In this document: positions 1 to 11,829 of the stretch, piece by piece
Numbering within the stretch: the first letter of the stretch is position 1
Layout: each line of letters begins with the position of its first letter
From: Auanema rhodensis
Lineage: Eukaryota > Animalia > Nematoda
DNA: 64,000 bases
Assembly: GCA_964057225.1 (NCBI GenBank)
Contig: OZ059899.1
Span: 20,832,001-20,896,000, forward strand
Reading direction: 5' to 3'
Made by a program: the position numbers and the translations under genes
The notes under the pieces: generated by a model
Databases searched by the model: none
What the model saw: the letters and a program-made list of their open reading frames with translations, nothing else
What the model was told of the DNA's origin: nothing

Positions 1-119
1 CCGAAAAATTTCGAAAAAATTTCGCGAAAAGTAGATGTTTTTAGGTTCCTTTTTTCAAGGCAAAGACGATGGACAATGTTATTCAACGAAAAAATTATTT
101 CTGCAGGGTGAAAATCGAG

Positions 120-141
120 GATATAAGTGTGAACTTATATC
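120..141. other. Monomer dyad element H1: perfect 9-bp inverted repeat with 4-nt loop (first copy; recurs every monomer)
   Basis: GATATAAGT-GTGA-ACTTATATC. Confidence 0.9.
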
Positions 142-151
142 AGTTGATATC

Positions 152-218
152 TCGGTGCATTTTTAAGCTAGCGCAAATCTGATAACACAGATCGACGCAG
201 CTTAAAAATCCGCATCGA
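152..218. other. Monomer dyad element H2: 67-nt imperfect long hairpin (first copy; recurs every monomer)
   Basis: TCGGTGC ATTTTTAAGCT a GCG caa ATCTG [ataaca] CAGAT cga CGC AGCTTAAAAAT cc GCATCGA gives 7+11+3+5 pairs, including one G-T. Paired by hand. Confidence 0.85.
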
Positions 219-292
219 ATGCACTATACAACATTGAGAAACGCTTAATACAAAAATTAGTTATGATCGTTTGAAAAATGATGCATTAGTGT

Positions 293-320
293 ATGTTGAG
301 TTTCCATGTACACTCAACAT
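293..320. other. Monomer dyad element H3: perfect 9-bp inverted repeat with 10-nt loop (first copy; recurs every monomer)
   Basis: ATGTTGAGT-TTCCATGTAC-ACTCAACAT. Confidence 0.9.
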
Positions 321-3300
321 AGCTTCCAAAAACATTTTGACAAAAATTTTTCCGAAAAATTTCGAAATAAATTTGCAAAAAGTAGATGTTTTTAGATTCC
401 TTTTTCCAAGGCAAAGACGATGGACAATGTTATTCAACGAAAAAATTAATTCTGCAGGGTGAAAATCGAGGATATAAGTGTGAACTTATATCAGTTGATA
501 TCTCGGTGCATTTTTAAGCTAGCGCAAATCTGATAACACAGATCGACGCAGCTTAAAAATCCGCATCGAATGCACTATACTACATTGAGAAACGCTTGAT
601 ACAAAAATTAGTCATGATCGTTTGAAAAATGATGCATTAGTGTATGTTGAGTTTCCATGTACACTCAACATTGCTTCCAAAAACATTTTGACAAAAATTT
701 TTCCGAAAAATTTCAAAATAATTTCGCGAAAAGTAGATGTTTTTAGATTCCTTTTTTCAAGGCAAAGACGATGGACAATGTTATTCAACGAAAAAATTAT
801 TTCTGCAGGGTGAAAATCGAGGATATAAGTGTGAACTTATATCAGTTGATATCTCGGTGCATTTTTAAGCTAGCGCAAATCTGATAACACAGATCGACGC
901 AGCTTAAAAATCCGCATCGAATGCACTATACTACATTGAGAAACGCTTGATACAAAAATTAGGTATGATCGTTTGAAAAATGATGCATTAATGTATGTTG
1001 AGTTTCCATGTACACTCAACATTGCTTCCAAAAACATTTTGACAAAAATTTTTCCGAAAAATTTCGAAAAAATTTCGCGAAAAGTAGATGTTTTTAGGTT
1101 CCTTTTTTCAAGGCAAAGACGATGGACAATGTTATTCAACGAAAAAATTATTTCTGCAGGGTGAAAATCGAGGATATAAGTGTGAACTTATATCAGTTGA
1201 TATCTCGGTGCATTTTTAAGCTAGCGCAAATCTGATAACACAGATCGACGCAGCTTAAAAATCCGCATCGAATGCACTATACAACATTGAGAAACGCTCA
1301 ATACAAAAATTAGTTATGATCGTTTGAAAAATGATGCATTAGTGTATGTTGAGTTTCCATGTACACTCAACATTGCTTCCAAAAACATTTTGATAAAAAT
1401 TTTTCCGAAAAATTTCAAAATAATTTCGCGAAAAGTAGATGTTTTTAGATTCCTTTTTTCAAGGCAAAGACGATGGACAATGTTATTCAACGAAAAAATT
1501 AATTCTGCAGGGTGAAAATCGAGGATATAAGTGTGAACTTATATCAGTTGATATCTCGGTGCATTTTTAAGCTAGCGCAAATCTGATAACACAGATCGAC
1601 GCAGCTTAAAAATCCGCATCGAATGCACTATACAACATTGAGAAACGCTTAATACAAAAATTAGTTATGATCGTTTGAAAAATGATGCATTAGTGTATGT
1701 TGAGTTTCCATGTACACTCAACATTGCTTCCAAAAACATTTTGACAAAAATTTTTCCGAAAAATTTCAAAATAATTTCGCGAAAAGTAGATGTTTTTAGA
1801 TTCCTTTTTTCAAGGCAAAGACGATGGACAATGTTATTCAACGAAAAAATTATTTCTGCAGGGTGAAAATCGAGGATATAAGTGTGAACTTATATCAGTT
1901 GATATCTCGGTGCATTTTTAAGCTAGCGCAAATCTGATAACACAGATCGACGCAGCTTGAGAATCCGCATCAAATGCACTATACAACATTGAGAAACGCT
2001 TAATACAAAAATTAGTTATGATCGTTTGAAAAATGATGCATTAGTGTATGTTGAGTTTCCATGTACACTCAACATTGCTTCCAAAAACATTTTGATAAAA
2101 ATTTTTCCGAAAAATTTCAAAATAATTTCGCGAAAAGTAGATGTTTTTAGATTCCTTTTTTCAAGGCAAAGACGATGGACAATGTTATTCAACGAAAAAA
2201 TTAATTCTCCAGGGTGAAAATCGAGGATATAAGTGTGAACTTATATCAGTTGATATCTCGGTGCATTTTTAAGCTAGCGCAAATCTGATAACACAGATCG
2301 ACGCAGCTTAAAAATCCGCATCGAATGCACTATACAACATTGAGAAACGCTTAATACAAAAATTAGTTATGATCGTTTGAAAAATGATGCATTAGTGTAT
2401 GTTGAGTTTCCATGTACACTCAACATAGCTTCCAAAAACATTTTGACAAAAATTTTTCCGAAAAATTTCGAAATAAATTTGCAAAAAGTAGATGTTTTTA
2501 GATTTCTTTTTCCAAGGCAAAGACGATGGACAATGTTATTCAACGAAAAAATTAATTCTGCAGGGTGAAAATCGAGGATATAAGTGTGAACTTATATCAG
2601 TTGATATCTCGGTGCATTTTTAAGCTAGCGCAAATCTGATAACACAGATCGACGCAGCTTAAAAATCCGCATCGAATGCACTATACTACATTGAGAAACG
2701 CTTGATACAAAAATTAGTCATGATCGTTTGAAAAATGATGCATTAGTGTATGTTGAGTTTCCATGTACACTCAACATTGCTTCCAAAAACATTTTGACAA
2801 AAATTTTTCCGAAAAATTTCAAAATAATTTCGCGAAAAGTAGATGTTTTTAGATTCCTTTTTTCAAGGCAAAGACGATGGACAATGTTATTCAACGAAAA
2901 AATTATTTCTGCAGGGTGAAAATCGAGGATATAAGTGTGAACTTATATCAGTTGATATCTCGGTGCATTTTTAAGCTAGCGCAAATCTGATAACACAGAT
3001 CGACGCAGCTTAAAAATCCGCATCGAATGCACTATACTACATTGAGAAACGCTTGATACAAAAATTAGGTATGATCGTTTGAAAAATGATGCATTAATGT
3101 ATGTTGAGTTTCCATGTACACTCAACATTGCTTCCAAAAACATTTTGACAAAAATTTTTCCGAAAAATTTCGAAAAAATTTCGCGAAAAGTAGATGTTTT
3201 TAGGTTCCTTTTTTCAAGGCAAAGACGATGGACAATGTTATTCAACGAAAAAATTATTTCTGCAGGGTGAAAATCGAGGATATAAGTGTGAACTTATATC

Positions 3301-6300
3301 AGTTGATATCTCGGTGCATTTTTAAGCTAGCGCAAATCTGATAACACAGATCGACGCAGCTTAAAAATCCGCATCGAATGCACTATACAACATTGAGAAA
3401 CGCTCAATACAAAAATTAGTTATGATCGTTTGAAAAATGATGCATTAGTGTATGTTGAGTTTCCATGTACACTCAACATTGCTTCCAAAAACATTTTGAT
3501 AAAAATTTTTCCGAAAAATTTCAAAATAATTTCGCGAAAAGTAGATGTTTTTAGATTCCTTTTTTCAAGGCAAAGACGATGGACAATGTTATTCAACGAA
3601 AAAATTAATTCTGCAGGGTGAAAATCGAGGATATAAGTGTGAACTTATATCAGTTGATATCTCGGTGCATTTTTAAGCTAGCGCAAATCTGATAACACAG
3701 ATCGACGCAGCTTAAAAATCCGCATCGAATGCACTATACAACATTGAGAAACGCTCAATACAAAAATTAGTTATGATCGTTTGAAAAATGATGCATTAGT
3801 GTATGTTGAGTTTCCATGTACACTCAACATTGCTTCCAAAAACATTTTGATAAAAATTTTTCCGAAAAATTTCAAAATAATTTCGCGAAAAGTAGATGTT
3901 TTTAGATTCCTTTTTTCAAGGCAAAGACGATGGACAATGTTATTCAACGAAAAAATTAATTCTCCAGGGTGAAAATCGAGGATATAAGTGTGAACTTATA
4001 TCAGTTGATATCTCGGTGCATTTTTAAGCTAGCGCAAATCTGATAACACAGATCGACGCAGCTTAAAAATCCGCATCGAATGCACTATACAACATTGAGA
4101 AACGCTTAATACAAAAATTAGTTATGATCGTTTGAAAAATGATGCATTAGTGTATGTTGAGTTTCCATGTACACTCAACATTGCTTCCAAAAACATTTTG
4201 ATAAAAATTTTTCCGAAAAATTTCAAAATAATTTCGCGAAAAGTAGATGTTTTTAGATTCCTTTTTTCAAGGCAAAGACGATGGACAATGTTATTCAACG
4301 AAAAAATTAATTCTGCAGGGTGAAAATCGAGGATATAAGTGTGAACTTATATCAGTTGATATCTCGGTGCATTTTTAAGCTAGCGCAAATCTGATAACAC
4401 AGATCGACGCAGCTTAAAAATCCGCATCGAATGCACTATACAACATTGAGAAACGCTTAATACAAAAATTAGTTATGATCGTTTGAAAAATGATGCATTA
4501 GTGTATGTTGAGTTTCCATGTACACTCAACATTGCTTCCAAAAACATTTTGATAAAAATTTTTCCGAAAAATTTCAAAATAATTTCGCGAAAAGTAGATG
4601 TTTTTAGATTCCTTTTTTCAAGGCAAAGACGATGGACAATGTTATTCAACGAAAAAATTAATTCTCCAGGGTGAAAATCGAGGATATAAGTGTGAACTTA
4701 TATCAGTTGATATCTCGGTGCATTTTTAAGCTAGCGCAAATCTGATAACACAGATCGACGCAGCTTAAAAATCCGCATCGAATGCACTATACAACATTGA
4801 GAAACGCTTAATACAAAAATTAGTTATGATCGTTTGAAAAATGATGCATTAGTGTATGTTGAGTTTCCATGTACACTCAACATTGCTTCCAAAAACATTT
4901 TGATAAAAATTTTTCCGAAAAATTTCAAAATAATTTCGCGAAAAGTAGATGTTTTTAGATTCCTTTTCTCAAGGCAAAGACGATGGACAATGTTATTCAA
5001 CGAAAAAATTAATTCTGCAGGGTGAAAATCGAGGATATAAGTGTGAACTTATATCAGTTGATATCTCGGTGCATTTTTAAGCTAGCGCAAATCTGATAAC
5101 ACAGATCGACGCAGCTTAAAAATCCGCATCGAATGCACTATACAACATTGAGAAACGCTCAATACAAAAATTAGTTATGATCGTTTGAAAAATGATGCAT
5201 TAGTGTATGTTGAGTTTCCATGTACACTCAACATTGCTTCCAAAAACATTTTGATAAAAATTTTTCCGAAAAATTTCAAAATAATTTCGCGAAAAGTAGA
5301 TGTTTTTAGATTCCTTTTTTCAAGGCAAAGACGATGGACAATGTTATTCAACGAAAAAATTAATTCTGCAGGGTGAAAATCGAGGATATAAGTGTGAACT
5401 TATATCAGTTGATATCTCGGTGCATTTTTAAGCTAGCGCAAATCTGATAACACAGATCGACGCAGCTTAAAAATCCGCATCGAATGCACTATACAACATT
5501 GAGAAACGCTTAATACAAAAATTAGTTATGATCGTTTGAAAAATGATGCATTAGTGTATGTTGAGTTTCCATGTACACTCAACATAGCTTCCAAAAACAT
5601 TTTGACAAAAATTTTTCCGAAAAATTTCGAAATAAATTTGCAAAAAGTAGATGTGTTTAGATTCCTTTTTTCAAGGCAAAGACGATGGACAATGTTATTC
5701 AACGAAAAAATTAATTCTGCAGGGTGAAAATCGAGGATATAAGTGTGAACTTATATCAGTTGATATCTCGGTGCATTTTTAAGCTAGCGCAAATCTGATA
5801 ACACAGATCGACGCAGCTTAAAAATCCGCATCGAATGCACTATACAACATTGAGAAACGCTTAATACAAAAATTAGTTATGATCGTTTGAAAAATGATGC
5901 ATTAGTGTATGTTGAGTTTCCATGTACACTCAACATTGCTTCCAAAAACATTTTGACAAAAATTTTTCCGAAAAATTTCAAAATAATTTCGCGAAAAGTA
6001 GATGTTTTTAGATTCCTTTTTTCAAGGCAAAGACGATGGACAATGTTATTCAACGAAAAAATTAATTCTGCAGGGTGAAAATCGAGGATATAAGTGTGAA
6101 CTTATATCAGTTGATATCTCGGTGCATTTTTAAGCTAGCGCAAATCTGATAACACAGATCGACGCAGCTTGAAAATCCGCATCAAATGCACTATACAACA
6201 TTGAGAAACGCTTAATACAAAAATTAGTTATGATCGTTTGAAAAATGATGCATTAGTGTATGTTGAGTTTCCATGTACACTCAACATTGCTTCCAAAAAC

Positions 6301-9300
6301 ATTTTGACAAAAATTTTTCCGAAAAATTTCGAAAAAATTTCGCGAAAAGTAGATGTTTTTAGATTCCTTTTTCCAAGGCAAAGACGATGGACAATGTTAT
6401 TCAACGAAAAAATTATTTCTGCAGGGTGAAAATCGAGGATATAAGTGTGAACTTATATCAGTTGATATCTCGGTGCATTTTTAAGCTAGCGCAAATCTGA
6501 TAACACAGATCGACGCAGCTTAAAAATCCGCATCGAATGCACTATACAACATTGAGAAACGCTCAATACAAAAATTAGTTGTGATCGTTTGAAAAATGAT
6601 GCATTAGTGTATGTTGAGTTTCCATGTACACTCAACATTGCTTCCAAAAACATTTTGATAAAAATTTTTCCGAAAAATTTCAAGATAATTTCGCGAAAAG
6701 TAGATGTTTTTAGATTCCTTTTTTCAAGGCAAAGACGATGGACAATGTTATTCAACGAAAAAATTAATTCTCCAGGGTGAAAATCGAGGATATAAGTGTG
6801 AACTTATATCAGTTGATATCTCGGTGCATTTTTAAGCTAGCGCAAATCTGATAACACAGATCGACGCAGCTTAAAAATCCGCATCGAATGCACTATACAA
6901 CATTGAGAAACGCTCAATACAAAAATTAGTTATGATCGTTTGAAAAATGATGCATTAGTGTATGTTGAGTTTCCATGTACACTCAACATAGCTTCCAAAA
7001 ACATTTTGACAAAAATTTTTCCGAAAAATTTCGAAATAAATTTGCAAAAAGTAGATGTTTTTAGATTCCTTTTTTCAAGGCAAAGACGATGGACAATGTT
7101 ATTCAACGAAAAAATTAATTCTGCAGGGTGAAAATCGAGGATATAAGTGTGAACTTATATCAGTTGATATCTCGGTGCATTTTTAAGCTAGCGCAAATCT
7201 GATAACACAGATCGACGCAGCTTAAAAATCCGCATCGAATGCACTATACAACATTGAGAAACGCTTAATACAAAAATTAGTTATGATCGTTTGAAAAATG
7301 ATGCATTAGTGTATGTTGAGTTTCCATGTACACTCAACATTGCTTCCAAAAACATTTTGACAAAAATTTTTCCGAAAAATTTCAAAATAATTTCGCGAAA
7401 AGTAGATGTTTTTAGATTCCTTTTTTCAAGGCAAAGACGATGGACAATGTTATTCAACGAAAAAATTAATTCTGCAGGGTGAAAATCGAGGATATAAGTG
7501 TGAACTTATATCAGTTGATATCTCGGTGCATTTTTAAGCTAGCGCAAATCTGATAACACAGATCGACGCAGCTTGAAAATCCGCATCAAATGCACTATAC
7601 AACATTGAGAAACGCTTAATACAAAAATTAGTTATGATCGTTTGAAAAATGATGCATTAGTGTATGTTGAGTTTCCATGTACACTCAACATTGCTTCCAA
7701 AAACATTTTGACAAAAATTTTTCCGAAAAATTTCGAAAAAATTTCGCGAAAAGTAGATGTTTTTAGATTCCTTTTTCCAAGGCAAAGACGATGGACAATG
7801 TTATTCAACGAAAAAATTATTTCTGCAGGGTGAAAATCGAGGATATAAGTGTGAACTTATATCAGTTGATATCTCGGTGCATTTTTAAGCTAGCGCAAAT
7901 CTGATAACACAGATCGACGCAGCTTAAAAATCCGCATCGAATGCACTATACAACATTGAGAAACGCTCAATACAAAAATTAGTTGTGATCGTTTGAAAAA
8001 TGATGCATTAGTGTATGTTGAGTTTCCATGTACACTCAACATTGCTTCCAAAAACATTTTGATAAAAATTTTTCCGAAAAATTTCAAGATAATTTCGCGA
8101 AAAGTAGATGTTTTTAGATTCCTTTTTTCAAGGCAAAGACGATGGACAATGTTATTCAACGAAAAAATTAATTCTCCAGGGTGAAAATCGAGGATATAAG
8201 TGTGAACTTATATCAGTTGATATCTCGGTGCATTTTTAAGCTAGCGCAAATCTGATAACACAGATCGACGCAGCTTAAAAATCCGCATCGAATGCACTAT
8301 ACAACATTGAGAAACGCTTAATACAAAAATTAGTTATGATCGTTTGAAAAATGATGCATTAGTGTATGTTGAGTTTCCATGTACACTCAACATAGCTTCC
8401 AAAAACATTTTGACAAAAATTTTTCCGAAAAATTTCGAAATAAATTTGCAAAAAGTAGATGTTTTTAGATTACTTTTTTCAAGGCAAAGACGATGGACAA
8501 TGTTATTCAACGAAAAAAATAATTCTGCAGGGTGAAAATCGAGGATATAAGTGTGAACTTATATCAGTTGATATCTCGGTGCATTTTTAAGCTAGCGCAA
8601 ATCTGATAACACAGATCGACGCAGCTTAAAAATCCGCATCGAATGCACTATACAACATTGAGAAACGCTTAATACAAAAATTAGTTATGATCGTTTGAAA
8701 AATGATGCATTAGTGTATGTTGAGTTTCCATGTACACTCAACATTGCTTCCAAAAACATTTTGATAAAAATTTTTCCGAAAAATTTCAAGATAATTTCGC
8801 GAAAAGTAGATGTTTTTAGATTCCTTTTTTCAAGGCAAAGACGATGGACAATGTTATTCAACGAAAAAATTAATTCTCCAGGGTGAAAATCGAGGATATA
8901 AGTGTGAACTTATATCAGTTGATATCTCGGTGCATTTTTAAGCTAGCGCAAATCTGATAACACAGATCGACGCAGCTTAAAAATCCGCATCGAATGCACT
9001 ATACAACATTGAGAAACGCTTAATACAAAAATTAGTTATGATCGTTTGAAAAATGATGCATTAGTGTATGTTGAGTTTCCATGTACACTCAACATTGCTT
9101 CCAAAAACATTTTGACAAAAATTTTTCCGAAAAATTTCAAAATAATTTCGCGAAAAGTAGATGTTTTTAGATTCCTTTTTTCAAGGCAAAGACGATGGAC
9201 AATGTTATTCAACGAAAAAATTAATTCTGCAGGGTGAAAATCGAGGATATAAGTGTGAACTTATATCAGTTGATATCTCGGTGCATTTTTAAGCTAGCGC

Positions 9301-11502
9301 AAATCTGATAGCACAGATCGACGCAGCTTGAAAATCCGCATCAAATGCACTATACAACATTGAGAAACGCTTAATACAAAAATTAGTTATGATCGTTTGA
9401 AAAATGATGCATTAGTGTATGTTGAGTTTCCATGTACACTCAACATTGCTTCCAAAAACATTTTGACAAAAATTTTTCCGAAAAATTTCGAAAAAATTTC
9501 GCGAAAAGTAGATGTTTTTAGATTCCTTTTTCCAAGGCAAAGACGATGGACAATGTTATTCAACGAAAAAATTATTTCTGCAGGGTGAAAATCGAGGATA
9601 TAAGTGTGAACTTATATCAGTTGATATCTCGGTGCATTTTTAAGCTAGCGCAAATCTGATAACACAGATCGACGCAGCTTAAAAATCCGCATCGAATGCA
9701 CTATACAACATTGAGAAACGCTCAATACAAAAATTAGTTGTGATCGTTTGAAAAATGATGCATTAGTGTATGTTGAGTTTCCATGTACACTCAACATTGC
9801 TTCCAAAAACATTTTGATAAAAATTTTTCCGAAAAATTTCAAGATAATTTTGCGAAAAGTAGATGTTTTTAGATTCCTTTTTTCAAGGCAAAGACGATGG
9901 ACAATGTTATTCAACGAAAAAATTAATTCTCCAGGGTGAAAATCGAGGATATAAGTGTGAACTTATATCAGTTGATATCTCGGTGCATTTTTAAGCTAGC
10001 GCAAATCTGATAACACAGATCGACGCAGCTTAAAAATCCGCATCGAATGCACTATACAACATTGAGAAACGCTTAATACAAAAATTAGTTATGATCGTTT
10101 GAAAAATGATGCATTAGTGTATGTTGAGTTTCCATGTACACTCAACATAGCTTCCAAAAACATTTTGACAAAAATTTTTCCGAAAAATTTCGAAATAAAT
10201 TTGCAAAAAGTAGATGTTTTTAGATTACTTTTTTCAAGGCGAAGACGATGGACAATGTTATTCAACGAAAAAATTAATTCTGCAGGGTGAAAATCGAGGA
10301 TATAAGTGTGAACTTATATCAGTTGATATCTCGGTGCATTTTTAAGCTAGCGCAAATCTGATAACACAGATCGACGCAGCTTAAAAATCCGCATCGAATG
10401 CACTATACAACATTGAGAAACGCTTAATACAAAAATTAGTTATGATCGTTTGAAAAATGATGCATTAGTGTATGTTGAGTTTCCATGTACACTCAACATT
10501 GCTTCCAAAAACATTTTGACAAAAATTTTTCCGAAAAATTTCAAAATAATTTCGCGAAAAGTAGATGTTTTTAGATTCCTTTTTTCAAGGCGAAGACGAT
10601 GGACAATGTTATTCAACGAAAAAATTATTTCTGCAGGGTGAAAATCGAGGATATAAGTGTGAACTTATATCAGTTGATATCTCGGTGCATTTTTAAGCTA
10701 GCGCAAATCTGATAACACAGATCGACGCAGCTTAAAAATCCGCATCGAATGCACTATACAACATTGAGAAACGCTTAATACAAAAATTAGTTATGATCGT
10801 TTGAAAAATGATGCATTAGTGTATGTTGAGTTTCCATGTACACTCAACATAGCTTCCAAAAACATTTTGACAAAAATTTTTCCGAAAAATTTCGAAATAA
10901 ATTTGCAAAAAGTAGATGTTTTTAGATTACTTTTTTCAAGGCGAAGACGATGGACAATGTTATTCAACGAAAAAATTAATTCTGCAGGGTGAAAATCGAG
11001 GATATAAGTGTGAACTTATATCAGTTGATATCTCGGTGCATTTTTAAGCTAGCGCAAATCTGATAACACAGATCGACGCAGCTTAAAAATCCGCATCGAA
11101 TGCACTATACAACATTGAGAAACGCTTAATACAAAAATTAGTTATGATCGTTTGAAAAATGATGCATTAGTGTATGTTGAGTTTCCATGTACACTCAACA
11201 TTGCTTCCAAAAACATTTTGACAAAAATTTTTCCGAAAAATTTCAAAATAATTTCGCGAAAAGTAGATGTTTTTAGATTCCTTTTTTCAAGGCGAAGACG
11301 ATGGACAATGTTATTCAACGAAAAAATTATTTCTGCAGGGTGAAAATCGAGGATATAAGTGTGAACTTATATCAGTTGATATCTCGGTGCATTTTTAAGC
11401 TAGCGCAAATCTGATAACACAGATCGACGCAGCTTAAAAATCCGCATCGAATGCACTATACAACATTGAGAAACGCTTGATACAAAAATTAGTTATGATC
11501 GT

Positions 11503-11829
11503 TTGAAAAATGATGCATTAGTGTATGTTGAGTTTCCATGTACACTCAACATTGCTTCCAAAAACATTTTGACAAAAATTTCGCGAAAAGTAGATGTTTT
11601 TAGATTCCTTTTTTCAAGGCAAAGACGATGGACAATGTTATTCAACGAAAAAATTATTTCTGCAGGGTGAAAATCGAGGATATAAGTGTGAACTTATATC
11701 AGTTGATATCTCGGTGCATTTTTAAGCTAGCGCAAATCTGATAACACAGATCGACGCAGCTTAAAAATCCGCATCGAATGCACTATACTACATTGAGAAA
11801 CGCTCAATACAAAAATTAGTTATGATCGT
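11503..11829 (+). repeat. 327-bp deletion monomer (24-bp deletion), copy 1
   Basis: GACAAAAATT|TCGCGAAAAG at 11,571-11,590. ORF spacing 11,152 to 11,830 is 678 = 351 + 327. Confidence 0.95.

Noticed and set aside
75-91. CENP-B box-like motif on the minus strand (TTTCGTTGAATAACATT)
   Set aside because: It matches TTCG and the central A but lacks the essential CGGG, so only 5 of 9 core positions match.
120-165. H1 or H2 as rho-independent terminators or bacterial promoters
   Set aside because: There is no gene context, the stems are AT-rich, and no U-tract directly follows a stem. Such motifs arise trivially in AT-rich repeats.
179-265. Hammerhead ribozyme, as known from some animal satellites (CTGATAA...GAAAC on +; CTGAAGA...GAAT on the opposite strand of C/D)
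   Set aside because: The cores deviate from CUGANGA/GAAA at essential positions, and I could not build stems I-III around a cleavage triplet. An Infernal search with Rfam hammerhead models would settle it.
1-351. Assignment to a named satellite family or species, or to rRNA/tRNA/snRNA/spliced-leader tandem genes
   Set aside because: I do not recognise the sequence with confidence, and I saw no tRNA cloverleaf, 5S or snRNA motif. Monomer size and AT content alone are not diagnostic, so a BLAST, Dfam or Rfam search is required.
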